The notes beneath the pieces were generated by a model. The model did no database searches and was not told the origin of the DNA. It saw nothing but the letters and a program-made list of their open reading frames with translations. Positions 1 to 9,623 of a DNA stretch of 64,000 nt are shown in pieces. The position numbers and the translations under genes were made by a program. Origin of the DNA: Nitrospirota bacterium (lineage in GTDB: Bacteria > Nitrospirota > UBA9217). The stretch is from assembly GCA_963663225.1 (NCBI GenBank), contig OY760142.1, positions 192,001 to 256,000 on the forward strand, written 5' to 3'. Every line of letters starts with the position of its first letter. The first letter of the stretch is position 1.

Positions 1-2
1 CT

Positions 3-1844
3 TTATTGAATACAACAAGTGCCGAAGGCATAAATTGGAATGCCGATTACAGCCCTTATGGCAGGAACTCATATTTTACTTTCGCAAAATTATCTGGCTA
101 CGGGGGCAAAACGGCCTTTGATTCATTAGGCGACTACAACAGATTTATCGGCAACACACTCCAGGAATATCTTGCAGAAGCATGGTCAGGCGTCATATGG
201 GCAACCGCATCACAGCAGGTATCCATTTACGGCAATTACTTCAGTCATATAGGCTATGATTCCTACAAGCACAATATTTATCTTAAAGCACAAGCAGGAT
301 ATACCGGCGACCGCAGCGTTCAATACGTCAACATCGGATATAATGAATTCAATAACCCCGTAGCCGGCACCGACAGCAGAGGTGGGGCGATCTTTATAAG
401 CCGCAACAGTGACGCCGGATCATATACGACAAATAATATTTATGTCTTTGACAATTATTTTCACGACGGGAATATGGAATTTATTTATATAGGCGACAAT
501 GTCAATATAGGAGATGTTTACATCTACAACAATATTTTCAAGGGAGGGACAAACACAAACGGCGGCGCTATTTCCTTTGCAGGAGGCACCAACAACGTCT
601 ATCTGTATAATAATGTGTTTTATCAGACCGGATCGGGCGCGGGCGCTTTGCTCTCTGGTTTTGACACGGGAGGTCCCCTTACCTCAAGGGTATATTCCCG
701 CAATAATGTCTTTTATTCTAACTCTTCATCCATAAGCTATCTTTACTGGGATGGGGCGAGCAAAGGCGCGCAGTTTAATTCAGATCACGATCTTTTCTAT
801 AATGGCGGCAGCCTTCCATCCGGAAGCGGCATCACCGTAACGAATTCGCTTACAGGCAATCCTCTCTTTTCTGCACCGTCAAGCGGGGATTTTACACTGC
901 AAACCGGCAGCCCGGCACTCAACAGCGGAACATCTTCTGTCAGCTCCGTTGTCGCGAGTGATTATGTCGGTACTTCGCGACCACAGGATTCCGCCTATGA
1001 TATAGGCGTTTATGAAACCATCGGCAGCGGAAGTACAACTCCAGCCACCTATACCGTTGGAGGTTCAATAACCGGTCTCAATGGTACGCTGGTCTTACAG
1101 AATAACGGAAGTGATACGCTGACCGTATCGACAAACGGCTCATTCTCTTTCGGGACTGCCCTGACTAATAATGCCTCGTACGACGTACGAGTATTAACGC
1201 AACCCACCGGACAGACTTGCACCGTCACGAACGGATCCGGTAATATCCCGAATGCTGATGTTACGAGTATTGGCATTACCTGTGCGAATAATCCCGGACT
1301 TACCTATACTCTCGGCGGCCAGATCAGTGGTTTGAATGGAACGGTAGTTATTCAGAATAACGGTGGAAACGATTTATCCATAACCGCCAACGGTACCTTT
1401 ACATTTTCCAGCGCACTAAGTGACGGCGCGACGTATGCGGTAAGCGTTCTCACCCAACCCTCCGCTCAGCAGTGCACGGTATCAAACGGAACGGGAACTA
1501 TATCCGGCGCGAACGTTACAAGTGTAAGAATAGTATGTGTGAACACTTACACGATCGGAGGTTCCATCAGCGGTCTGAACGGCGGCACCGTAACGCTCCG
1601 AAACAATTCCAGCGATATCGTAGCCCGGAATGTAAATGGCTCCTTCACCTTCTCCACAGCACTCTTAAACGGAGCTACCTATTCTGTTGTCGTCACTAAT
1701 AATCCTACTGGCCAAACGTGCACAGTATCAAACGGTTCAGGAACCGTTTCCAGCGCAAACGTGACAACTGTAAGTATAGCCTGTGTTGCCAACTCAACGC
1801 CGACAAAAGTCCCTTCAACAGTAACCGGCGTCACGATAAGATAA
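3..1844 (+). CDS. Secreted/surface protein, 5'-truncated by the window edge: right-handed parallel beta-helix (pectin-lyase-like) region, choice-of-anchor-Q-like segment, then three ~83-aa beta-sandwich repeats
   Basis: Frame is open from base 3. Asn/Gly-rich NNxFxx beta-helix repeats; GDFTLQTGSPALNSG...RPQDSAYDIGVYE motif; 3x YT(V/L/I)GGxIxGLNGTxxLxNN...CTVxNGxG repeats. Confidence 0.75.
   Translation, partial: LLNTTSAEGINWNADYSPYGRNSYFTFAKLSGYGGKTAFDSLGDYNRFIGNTLQEYLAEAWSGVIWATASQQVSIYGNYFSHIGYDSYKHNIYLKAQAGYTGDRSVQYVNIGYNEFNNPVAGTDSRGGAIFISRNSDAGSYTTNNIYVFDNYFHDGNMEFIYIGDNVNIGDVYIYNNIFKGGTNTNGGAISFAGGTNNVYLYNNVFYQTGSGAGALLSGFDTGGPLTSRVYSRNNVFYSNSSSISYLYWDGASKGAQFNSDHDLFYNGGSLPSGSGITVTNSLTGNPLFSAPSSGDFTLQTGSPALNSGTSSVSSVVASDYVGTSRPQDSAYDIGVYETIGSGSTTPATYTVGGSITGLNGTLVLQNNGSDTLTVSTNGSFSFGTALTNNASYDVRVLTQPTGQTCTVTNGSGNIPNADVTSIGITCANNPGLTYTLGGQISGLNGTVVIQNNGGNDLSITANGTFTFSSALSDGATYAVSVLTQPSAQQCTVSNGTGTISGANVTSVRIVCVNTYTIGGSISGLNGGTVTLRNNSSDIVARNVNGSFTFSTALLNGATYSVVVTNNPTGQTCTVSNGSGTVSSANVTTVSIACVANSTPTKVPSTVTGVTIR
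1050..1787 (+). repeat. Three tandem intragenic repeats (243-255 nt period) encoding Cys-containing beta-rich domains
   Basis: Repeat units start at 1050, 1305 and 1548 (YTVGGSITGLNG / YTLGGQISGLNG / YTIGGSISGLNG); each has two conserved Cys. Confidence 0.85.
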
Positions 1845-1866
1845 CTGAGACAACGGAAAAATATCC

Positions 1867-1899
1867 GGGTGGAAAGCAGCTTGCTTTTCACCCTTTTTT
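1867..1899 (+). terminator. Rho-independent terminator of the surface protein gene
   Basis: GGGTGGAAAGC-AGCTT-GCTTTTCACCC, an 11-bp stem (one G-U) followed by T6, between convergent genes. Confidence 0.8.
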
Positions 1900-3835
1900 A
1901 TGAAACTGAGTCATTCAAAGGATATGAGACTGCACTCGCATCCTTGATGGTGGACTCCGGCACAATTTCCTTCAACAACCCTATAATCCTGACGGTATCA
2001 TTCTGGTCTACATAAACATTTAGAAGGTCAACCTTCTCAAACAGACCCGAACAGGCACATCCATTCTGTTTCAGCATGGTAATCTTTTTATTGCTGGTCG
2101 GTACAATGCCTTCACCTTTCCAGTAGAGTTCCTCATACAGTTTTTCTCCCGGTCGAAGGCCTGAATACACAACATCTATATCTTTTCCAGGTTCCAGGCC
2201 CGAAAGACGCACCAATTCATGCGCAAGATCAACAATTTTGATTGGTTCGCCCATATCCAGCAGGAATATCTCCCCCCCTTTACCCATTGCGCCAGCAGTC
2301 ATAACCAGTTGAACAGCTTCTGGAATGGCCATAAAATAACGAGTAACATCAGGATGCGTAACCGTAATGGGGCCGCCTTTTGCAATTTGCTTTTTGAACA
2401 AGGGGATGACACTTCCGTTGCTGCCGATAACATTTCCGAACCGAACAGCAATAAATTTTGTTTTTTCAGTATTCAAGCTCTGTACGGACAGTTCGGCGAT
2501 GCGCTTCGTCGTTCCCATAATGTTCGCAGGATTAACGGCTTTGTCGGTGGATATCAGAACAAATTTACCCACGTTGTTCTTTACGGCAAGCTTTGCCAGA
2601 TTCATAGTTCCGAGTACATTGTTCCGGACGGCCTCGATCGGTTCGCGTTCCATTAAAGGGACATGCTTGTATGCCGCTGCATGATACACAAGCTCTATCT
2701 CATGCCGATGCAAAATGCCGTTTACTTTTTCAGTATCTAAAATGTCACCGATAACCGGGACAATGGCAAGACCTGGAAATTCTTTTTTGATATCAAGCTC
2801 AAGATCGTATAAAGTATTTTCATAGCGATCATACAGAACCAATACGCGCGGCTTGTATTCTGCAACTTGTCTGCAAAGTTCCGAACCTATCGAACCGCCT
2901 GCCCCGGTCACCAAAACAGCTTTTCCCTTGATTTCCGATTCCATGTGTTTGCGATCGGATTCGCGGCTGAATTTTATTATTTTTCTGCCAAGAAGATCAT
3001 CGTAAGCTACATCCTTTAGCTGGCTGGTGATTGCCTTCCCTTCTATCAGTTTCCCAAGATTGGGCAGTACCCGTATCTTGAGTTGCGCTTCCTGGGCTAT
3101 ATTCGTGATTCTGACAATATCTTTATAGCTTGAAGAGGGAATCGCAATGAAAACTTCATCGACGGAATATTTTTTTGCCAGTTGGGGAATGTCCAGCGTA
3201 TTGCCGAGAATCGGAGTTCCCTGAATATGAATTCCTTTTTTATACGGGTCATCATCGACAAAACCCACTGCATGAATACCAAGCTGGGTATTGTTTTTGA
3301 TTTCATTCAGAATCATAACACCTGCCTTGCCGGCACCGACAATTAATATGTACTTTAGTATTTTGGTTGTTTTTGTATTTCTTAATTCCGAATAGTACCG
3401 AATAATAAATCTGCTTCCACCAATAACCAGCAAGTTAATGAGACCTTCAAGTATAAAAATCGACCGTGGAAATTCTTCAATGCGGTATACAAAAACCATT
3501 ACCGTGAGAAAAAGCAAGGACCCCGAAAGAACAGCCTTGAACGTATCAATCAGGTCCTGCATGCTCACAAATCTCCAGGAACCGGCGTGAATCTTGAAAA
3601 AATAATACGTAACGATCCGGGAAATGAGCAGCAGAGGCAAACACTTGTATAAAATAGGAAGCTCTTTGCTCGGTATTGTAAAATCAAAGCGTATATTGTA
3701 CGCCGCAATATATGAAAAAGCTGAGAGCAGCAACTGTGTCAAAATAATAAGTGTATTTCGATTTTGCAAAAGCACATTATTTGTGGTTTCGCTTTCTCGA
3801 ATTTTTTTCAATAGTTCCTGGATTTTTGTATTCAT
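1898..3835 (-). CDS. capD: Membrane-bound UDP-GlcNAc 4,6-dehydratase, CapD/PglF/WbpM family
   Basis: N-terminal TM helices, CoA-binding-like domain (IVGAGKAG), GAGGSIGSEL, HAAAYKHVP, STDKAV, VRFGNVIGSNGSV. Start moved to ATG 3835 after RBS AGGAGG. Confidence 0.92.
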   Translation of the reverse strand: MNTKIQELLKKIRESETTNNVLLQNRNTLIILTQLLLSAFSYIAAYNIRFDFTIPSKELPILYKCLPLLLISRIVTYYFFKIHAGSWRFVSMQDLIDTFKAVLSGSLLFLTVMVFVYRIEEFPRSIFILEGLINLLVIGGSRFIIRYYSELRNTKTTKILKYILIVGAGKAGVMILNEIKNNTQLGIHAVGFVDDDPYKKGIHIQGTPILGNTLDIPQLAKKYSVDEVFIAIPSSSYKDIVRITNIAQEAQLKIRVLPNLGKLIEGKAITSQLKDVAYDDLLGRKIIKFSRESDRKHMESEIKGKAVLVTGAGGSIGSELCRQVAEYKPRVLVLYDRYENTLYDLELDIKKEFPGLAIVPVIGDILDTEKVNGILHRHEIELVYHAAAYKHVPLMEREPIEAVRNNVLGTMNLAKLAVKNNVGKFVLISTDKAVNPANIMGTTKRIAELSVQSLNTEKTKFIAVRFGNVIGSNGSVIPLFKKQIAKGGPITVTHPDVTRYFMAIPEAVQLVMTAGAMGKGGEIFLLDMGEPIKIVDLAHELVRLSGLEPGKDIDVVYSGLRPGEKLYEELYWKGEGIVPTSNKKITMLKQNGCACSGLFEKVDLLNVYVDQNDTVRIIGLLKEIVPESTIKDASAVSYPLNDSVS

Positions 3836-3874
3836 ACTATCCTCCTGTATCAAGCACGCGATGCATTCTTTTAT

Positions 3875-3902
3875 CGTCGGGCAATATATTGCTTGCCCGA
3901 CG
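3875..3902. other. Intergenic 10-bp perfect hairpin (mRNA stability or pause element)
   Basis: CGTCGGGCAA-N8-TTGCCCGACG; no U-tract follows on the minus strand. Confidence 0.4.
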
Positions 3903-3914
3903 GCTGGTTTTTAC

Positions 3915-4952
3915 TTAAGTGCTGTTTTTATCGACCAACTCGTACAAATCAAGGATTTTCCGTGCATTCGATTTCCAGTTAAACTCGCGCTCTGCATACG
4001 CACGGGCTTTCTCTCCCATGTCTTGTATATCCATGGAGAACAGTCGGTCAATTGCTTTTCTGAGTTCCTGAGTGTCCTTCGTCGGCACAAGGATGCCGGT
4101 ATCGGAATTTATGATATCTTTTATTCCACCAATAGCGGTGCTGATCACGGGTTTTGAGAATGCATAAGCGAGCGGGATTACACCTGACGTGGTGATATCG
4201 GTATACGGAAGCACAACAATATCACAGGCATTGAAATAGTACTGTATTTCATCGTTGCCAATCCACTTGGCGAAAAGACGCAGCTGGGGCATGGTTTTCG
4301 CGTGCTCAGTAAGCATTTTGCATACATTCGCATCTTGCAGTTTGCCAGCAACGATGACGATTGTGTTTTTTCTATCTTTTACGGCATCAAGCAGATATTC
4401 ATATCCCCTGTTTTCCCGTATAAAGCCAAAGCATAGTATCACGTTGATGTTCTCAGGTATCTTTAAGAAAGCACGGGCCTCTTGCTTCGTGACAGTATTT
4501 GGATATGACTCATTAAAATTGCCGTGAGGAATAACAATATGAGCTTTTTTTGTTTTTGTATCAAACGTATCTTCTGCGCGTTCGATATCATGTCGGCTGT
4601 GGAATATGATCGCGTCAGACTTTTCATAAAACCATGCTGAAGATAATTTATCTCGTTCCGTATAACCATGCGGAAGAATATTATGCATTTCCCAGATGAT
4701 TTTTATTCCGAGGAGCTTGCAGAGATAATAAAAACCCTTCATGATGAAGCTGAATGGGAAAATATACAACCAATGGACATGGATGATTCTATAATCTTGC
4801 AGCCTGAAATAAAGCATTTTAATAAGATTCGTGAAGGAGGAATAATGAAAGGGCTTTAAAACAACGACCTGCACACCTTCAGCTTCAAGATGATGCTTCA
4901 ATTGGTTGATATATTCGTGATTTTTGGGAATGATAAAAATGTTTTTTTTCAT
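3915..4952 (-). CDS. Glycosyltransferase family 4
   Basis: IIHVHW, IPHGNF, FGFIRENRG, DIVVLPY..TTSGV...AYAFSKPVI (GT-B motifs). Start set at MKKNIF. Confidence 0.88.
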   Translation of the reverse strand: MKKNIFIIPKNHEYINQLKHHLEAEGVQVVVLKPFHYSSFTNLIKMLYFRLQDYRIIHVHWLYIFPFSFIMKGFYYLCKLLGIKIIWEMHNILPHGYTERDKLSSAWFYEKSDAIIFHSRHDIERAEDTFDTKTKKAHIVIPHGNFNESYPNTVTKQEARAFLKIPENINVILCFGFIRENRGYEYLLDAVKDRKNTIVIVAGKLQDANVCKMLTEHAKTMPQLRLFAKWIGNDEIQYYFNACDIVVLPYTDITTSGVIPLAYAFSKPVISTAIGGIKDIINSDTGILVPTKDTQELRKAIDRLFSMDIQDMGEKARAYAEREFNWKSNARKILDLYELVDKNST

Positions 4953-4965
4953 TTGTTTTCCGGAA

Positions 4966-5760
4966 TCATGCTCTATATTTAAAAAACGCGGACCAGATGC
5001 GATAGTACAGTTTGCTTCCCAGTGCTTTTTTAGCAACTGCCTTCGCGCTATACACAAGTTTTTCCTTTGCAGCATAGGAGGAATCGGCGCCTACAATCTG
5101 CCGAAAGCAGCTTATCGGCATGGATCGTGTGATTACGAACCGGTTAAAAACGGTACTGCTTCCAGTACTTGTTGTTTTATTCAAACCAGGGCAGGATGTT
5201 GCCACTCCTTTATAGCCGGCCTCCTGCGCCGCACGTAAAACGTTCCGGGAGCAAAACCCGCCTGGCAGAGAAATAAAATCAACAGGCAGAGAAAGTTCTT
5301 TTTGCAGCTGTTGCTTGGATTCCTGCAATTCATGCATCAAAGCTTTTTTGTCAAGGTCTGAAAGAAATACATGATTAAAGCTATGGGACTGAATCGACAT
5401 GTTTTCTTTGGCCATTTCCCTGAGATGCGTCCAATCAACATAACCGGGGGAACCAACCCGACTTACCGTAATAAAGAAGGTTGCTTTCATACCATATCGT
5501 TTCAGAATTGGAAGGGCTGCTGCATAGTCGCTGTAATTGCCGTCATCAAAAGAAATGATGACGTACTTCCCATTTTGATCAAGCAACCGGCTATCCAGCA
5601 AGTTTCCTAAATCAGCGCTGGAAAATCCATTCTTCGATAGATATTGAATATGCTGTTCAAAAATGTCAGTAGAAATAGCATAATTTTCCGTATTATCAGT
5701 TCCCTCAAACAGCGCATGATAAAGGAGTACAGGCACACGTAAAGTATTATTCGTCGGCAT
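4966..5760 (-). CDS. Polysaccharide deacetylase (CE4/NodB-like)
   Basis: PVLLYH, ISFDDG, ATFFI, QSHSFNH, SLPGG. Confidence 0.9.
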   Translation of the reverse strand: MPTNNTLRVPVLLYHALFEGTDNTENYAISTDIFEQHIQYLSKNGFSSADLGNLLDSRLLDQNGKYVIISFDDGNYSDYAAALPILKRYGMKATFFITVSRVGSPGYVDWTHLREMAKENMSIQSHSFNHVFLSDLDKKALMHELQESKQQLQKELSLPVDFISLPGGFCSRNVLRAAQEAGYKGVATSCPGLNKTTSTGSSTVFNRFVITRSMPISCFRQIVGADSSYAAKEKLVYSAKAVAKKALGSKLYYRIWSAFFKYRA

Positions 5761-5763
5761 GTT

Positions 5764-6915
5764 CTATACCATTACTTCCTTGTAAAGCGCAAGGTACCGG
5801 GCAGACATACGGTCAGACGAATAGTTTGCCCGGACTGTTTCATATCCACCTTCAGCATAACGTCTTCGCTTGCCGTCATCTGCAAGCAGTGAAGAAAGTG
5901 CATCTTCCAGCCCCTGAACATCTCCAGGAGCAACAAGAATGCCGTTTTCTTCCTGGATGATATTCGGAATAGCACCTACGCTCGTGGCTATGACCGGCTT
6001 CTGCGCCGCCATGGCTTCCAGTAATACCATGGGAAGCCCTTCTTTAATTGAAGGAAGGACGAATATATCCATAATGGACAGGAGTTCCGGGATGTCCGTC
6101 CGGAAACCGGTGAAAATTACATTTTTATTCAAGCCGTACTGCTCAGTTTCCTGCTTCAAAAAATCGAGAAGAGGGCCTTCTCCCACGATAAGCATCTTGA
6201 CAGCTCTGCCGGAGGCAAAAATATTTCTGGCGGCCTGCAAAAGATACGTATGTCCTTTTTCCACACCGAGATTCCCTATAGTGCCGACCACGAGCTCATT
6301 GAGCGAAATCCCCAGTTCACGTTTAAGTTTTTCCACCGGATGATGGTTCTGAAATCTTGTCAGATCAATCCCATTGTCTATAACACTGATCTTTTCCGCC
6401 GGTACGCCTGAATTCAACATGTCACTTCTTACACCTTCCGATACGGCGACAATTTTATTAAAAAAACGAATCAGCAGACTGTCAATCCGTCGGTATATGC
6501 GTAGTTTCCAGTGAGACGTAAGCCAGTTATGGTTTGTCGCTACGAGCGGCATGCCTTTTTTTCTGGCCAGCAAGGCATAGAAATTTGACTTATATCCGTG
6601 GCAATGAATGATATCAATGTCTTTTTCGCGGACAAATGTCCGTATCGCTTCAACCGCTTTGCTGTCGAATTTTGCCTTGCATGAAAAAACAACCGCAGCA
6701 ATAGAATTTTTTCCGGCTTCCTCCACGACTTCCTTGTGGGGATTATAGGTATTCATGATGACGCCGATAACAGGTTCGCACCGTTGCCGCTTCAGACTGC
6801 TGCATAGTTCGATCGCAACCCGTTCTGCTCCATACAGTCCTCTGCTGCTGATCAAGTGCAAAACTTTCAGGGGTCGCGCAGTATTTGCTGGGTGAGAGGA
6901 TGTCAACTCTTGCAC
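5764..6915 (-). CDS. Glycosyltransferase family 4
   Basis: GLYGAER, IDNGID, EKGH, FVLPSIKEGLPMVLLEAMA. Confidence 0.92.
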   Translation of the reverse strand: MQELTSSHPANTARPLKVLHLISSRGLYGAERVAIELCSSLKRQRCEPVIGVIMNTYNPHKEVVEEAGKNSIAAVVFSCKAKFDSKAVEAIRTFVREKDIDIIHCHGYKSNFYALLARKKGMPLVATNHNWLTSHWKLRIYRRIDSLLIRFFNKIVAVSEGVRSDMLNSGVPAEKISVIDNGIDLTRFQNHHPVEKLKRELGISLNELVVGTIGNLGVEKGHTYLLQAARNIFASGRAVKMLIVGEGPLLDFLKQETEQYGLNKNVIFTGFRTDIPELLSIMDIFVLPSIKEGLPMVLLEAMAAQKPVIATSVGAIPNIIQEENGILVAPGDVQGLEDALSSLLADDGKRRRYAEGGYETVRANYSSDRMSARYLALYKEVMV

Positions 6916-7559
6916 GTATCATCTCCGCACTTTTTGGCATTTGGCATAATGTCCTGTTTTTGCGCAGGGGCCAAAATCCGGTAGAAAGTCAGAAAAATTA
7001 GTTTCATATCATAGAAAAATGAACGATGCAGTATGTATTCCTTTGCCATCCGCATTTTTTCCGGGAGAAGCACGGTCAGATAAAAATGTTCCGGGTTGTC
7101 CTGTCCTTTCAGAACGCTTTCTTCATCCCTGAATGTCAGAGATGAAATATCCGTAATGCCCGGGCGCACGCTCAGAATGGTTTCATATTCCTGTTTGTAA
7201 TACTCGACGTATTTCTTTACTTCCGGCCGTGGTCCCACTATGCTCATATCGCCTGTTACAACATTGATAAGCTGCGGCAGTTCATCAATTTTTGTTTTTC
7301 TCAATATCCGTCCAATCGCAGTAACACGTGCGTCGCCGCCCGCAGTAATCTGCAATCCGCTTTTCTGAGCATCACGCACCATGGTCCTGAATTTGTAAAT
7401 AAAAAACGGTTTGAACCTCCGGCCCATCCGTTCCTGTTTGAAGAAAACAGGACCATCGCTGCCGAATCTGACTAGAAAAGCGACGACGATAAAGAGCGGC
7501 AATAGGACCAGAAGTCCGATCAAAGCACTGAAAAAATCAAAAAGGCGTTTTATCATCAT
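6903..7559 (-). CDS. Priming phosphoglycosyl transferase (bacterial sugar transferase, PglC-like)
   Basis: KRLFD + single TM, FKQERMG, KFRTM, RKTKIDELPQLINV, GDMSIVGPRPE. Confidence 0.92.
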   Translation of the reverse strand: MMIKRLFDFFSALIGLLVLLPLFIVVAFLVRFGSDGPVFFKQERMGRRFKPFFIYKFRTMVRDAQKSGLQITAGGDARVTAIGRILRKTKIDELPQLINVVTGDMSIVGPRPEVKKYVEYYKQEYETILSVRPGITDISSLTFRDEESVLKGQDNPEHFYLTVLLPEKMRMAKEYILHRSFFYDMKLIFLTFYRILAPAQKQDIMPNAKKCGDDTCKS

Positions 7560-7601
7560 AGCATGTAAGCATAAATAGCGGTGCGGCGCGTGCACGCGTC
7601 G

Positions 7602-8825
7602 TTACTTCTTATAGAGCGTGATAATTTCCGTGACAGTCCGAATCACCCGGTCGATATCACTCTCGGTCATTTTCGGATAGATTGGCAGGGAGATTATCCT
7701 CTTGTAGGTTTCGAATGCCACAGGATACTGTTCAGGTTTGTATCCGAAGGTATCCCGGTAATACGGATGGATATGCAACGGAATAAAGTGAACGGAGGTC
7801 CCGATTCCCCGCTGCCTCAGTTCCTCGATGAATCGGTTCCGGTCGATGTTTAGGGTCTCCAGATTCAGTTTGAGCACATACAGATGCCAGCCGTGCTTAT
7901 ATTGCTGGGCACCACCCGTTAACTCCGAAGAATTGCTCCCGTCCATCTCCGGAAGTTCAACTGCCGAAAGCTTCGAAAATGCCTGGCTGTATCTTTCGGC
8001 GATATATTTTCTCCGCTTCCATAATTCATCGGCTTTTTTCAGCTGAACAATGCCCAGAGCAGCCGCTGTATCCGTGAGATTGTACTTATAACCCGGCGCT
8101 ATAATTTCATAATACCAGCTTCCTTCCGCCGTATATCTTTTCCAGGCATCCTTGCTGATTCCGTGCAGGCTCATAATCCTCATCCGATCGGCCCACTCGT
8201 CGTTGTTCGTTGTTATCATTCCGCCTTCACCGGTAGAAATATTTTTTGTTGCGTAAAAGCTAAAGCAGGTAATGTCGCCGATTGTTCCGATAATGTCCTT
8301 GCCATATACTGCAGGAAATGCATGCGCCGCATCCTCAATGACCATCAACCCGAATTTTCTGGCGATGGCCATGATCGCCTCCATGGCACAGGGACGACCG
8401 GCGTAATGAACGGGAATGATGGCTTTCGGCAGAGCAGAGCCGCGCTCAGCGCATGAAGACAGATACGCTTCTATGCCGGCGGGGGCAATGTTCATCGTCA
8501 CCGGGTCAATATCAACAAAAACCGGTACTGCTTTGAAGTAACGGATCACTTCGGCGGTGGCAGCAAACGTCATGGGGGTTGTAAGAACCGAATCGCCCTC
8601 CTTGATGCCGATGGCCTCCAGCGCGAGGTGAAGGGCGGCTGTGCATGAGTTTACCGCGATAGCGTGCTTGCATCCGATGTATTTTGCGAAATCGCTTTCA
8701 AATTGTTTTGTACGAGGACCGGTTGTTATCCACCCGCTTTTAAGGGTATCTACAACAGCCTGAATTTCCTCGTCTCCGATCAACGGAAGTGAGAAAGGAA
8801 GAAAATCATTTTTATTTGCACTCAT
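7602..8825 (-). CDS. DegT/DnrJ/EryC1/StrS PLP-dependent NDP-sugar aminotransferase
   Basis: GWITTGP, NSCTAALH, IEDAAHA, FSFYATKNISTGEGG. ATG 8825 follows RBS AAGGAG. Confidence 0.93.
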   Translation of the reverse strand: MSANKNDFLPFSLPLIGDEEIQAVVDTLKSGWITTGPRTKQFESDFAKYIGCKHAIAVNSCTAALHLALEAIGIKEGDSVLTTPMTFAATAEVIRYFKAVPVFVDIDPVTMNIAPAGIEAYLSSCAERGSALPKAIIPVHYAGRPCAMEAIMAIARKFGLMVIEDAAHAFPAVYGKDIIGTIGDITCFSFYATKNISTGEGGMITTNNDEWADRMRIMSLHGISKDAWKRYTAEGSWYYEIIAPGYKYNLTDTAAALGIVQLKKADELWKRRKYIAERYSQAFSKLSAVELPEMDGSNSSELTGGAQQYKHGWHLYVLKLNLETLNIDRNRFIEELRQRGIGTSVHFIPLHIHPYYRDTFGYKPEQYPVAFETYKRIISLPIYPKMTESDIDRVIRTVTEIITLYKK

Positions 8826-8842
8826 CTGACGCTCCTTAACAG

Positions 8843-9622
8843 TTATCTGAATTTTCTGCCGCGGCTCAGGAAACGCTTCACATCTTCCCTGTCCGGCCAA
8901 CCGTAGTAATTTCCCTTAGTCATATCGAGCGAACGGGTTGCAACATCGTTCCTGACAATTTTTTCTATGCCTTCAAGCACCATTTCCGCACCAATCTGTT
9001 TGGAATGCCGGATAAAGGAATCCAGGGTGTCATGCTCACGGATTAGGAATTGCCTCTGGACCAGCACATCGCCCGCGTCGATTTTTTCGTTTACAAAAAA
9101 CAGCGTGCTCCCCGCTTCCTTTTCGCCATTTGCAAGGACCCAAAACGACGGCATTACGCCCCGGTAATCAGGCAGCAGCGAACCGTGAAGGTTCAGGCAG
9201 CCTTTCGGTGCCAGCTGGATCAAGTCCTTTTTAAATATCTGCGGACATGATATGGATACGATAAGCTCCGTGTCCCAATCTTTTAAGAGTTGCCGGGTCT
9301 CCGGGCTGTTTACATCAAGAGCCTGCACATAAGGAATACCGTACGCCGCCAGCACCGACTTAAGCGAATAATATTTTCCTGTTTTGCCGCCAAAACGATC
9401 CATCACCTTGTGTGACAGAACCTGAACGGAAAGCATCCCGGCTTCCCAGAAACCGAACGTTTTTGCATAGCGCAACGCAAGCCCCAGCGTTGTTGTTTTT
9501 TTGTAAAGCGGCGGAACAACGATAACTTTAACCTCATGCCGGCCTTTCAGATTTTCAAGAACAAACTGGTAGAATTCCGGCAAATACAGCGGTTCATCCG
9601 GCGTTAAAAAAACAATGCGCAT
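8843..9622 (-). CDS. N10-formyl-THF-dependent formyltransferase (sugar N-formyltransferase-like)
   Basis: NLHGSLLPDYRG and IDAGD motifs of the formyl_trans_N domain; lacks the Fmt C-terminal domain. Confidence 0.85.
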   Translation of the reverse strand: MRIVFLTPDEPLYLPEFYQFVLENLKGRHEVKVIVVPPLYKKTTTLGLALRYAKTFGFWEAGMLSVQVLSHKVMDRFGGKTGKYYSLKSVLAAYGIPYVQALDVNSPETRQLLKDWDTELIVSISCPQIFKKDLIQLAPKGCLNLHGSLLPDYRGVMPSFWVLANGEKEAGSTLFFVNEKIDAGDVLVQRQFLIREHDTLDSFIRHSKQIGAEMVLEGIEKIVRNDVATRSLDMTKGNYYGWPDREDVKRFLSRGRKFR

Positions 9623-9623
9623 G

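Noticed and set aside
8843-9622. Housekeeping methionyl-tRNA formyltransferase (fmt)
   Set aside because: Too short, lacks the C-terminal tRNA-binding domain, has no def neighbour and is embedded in sugar genes
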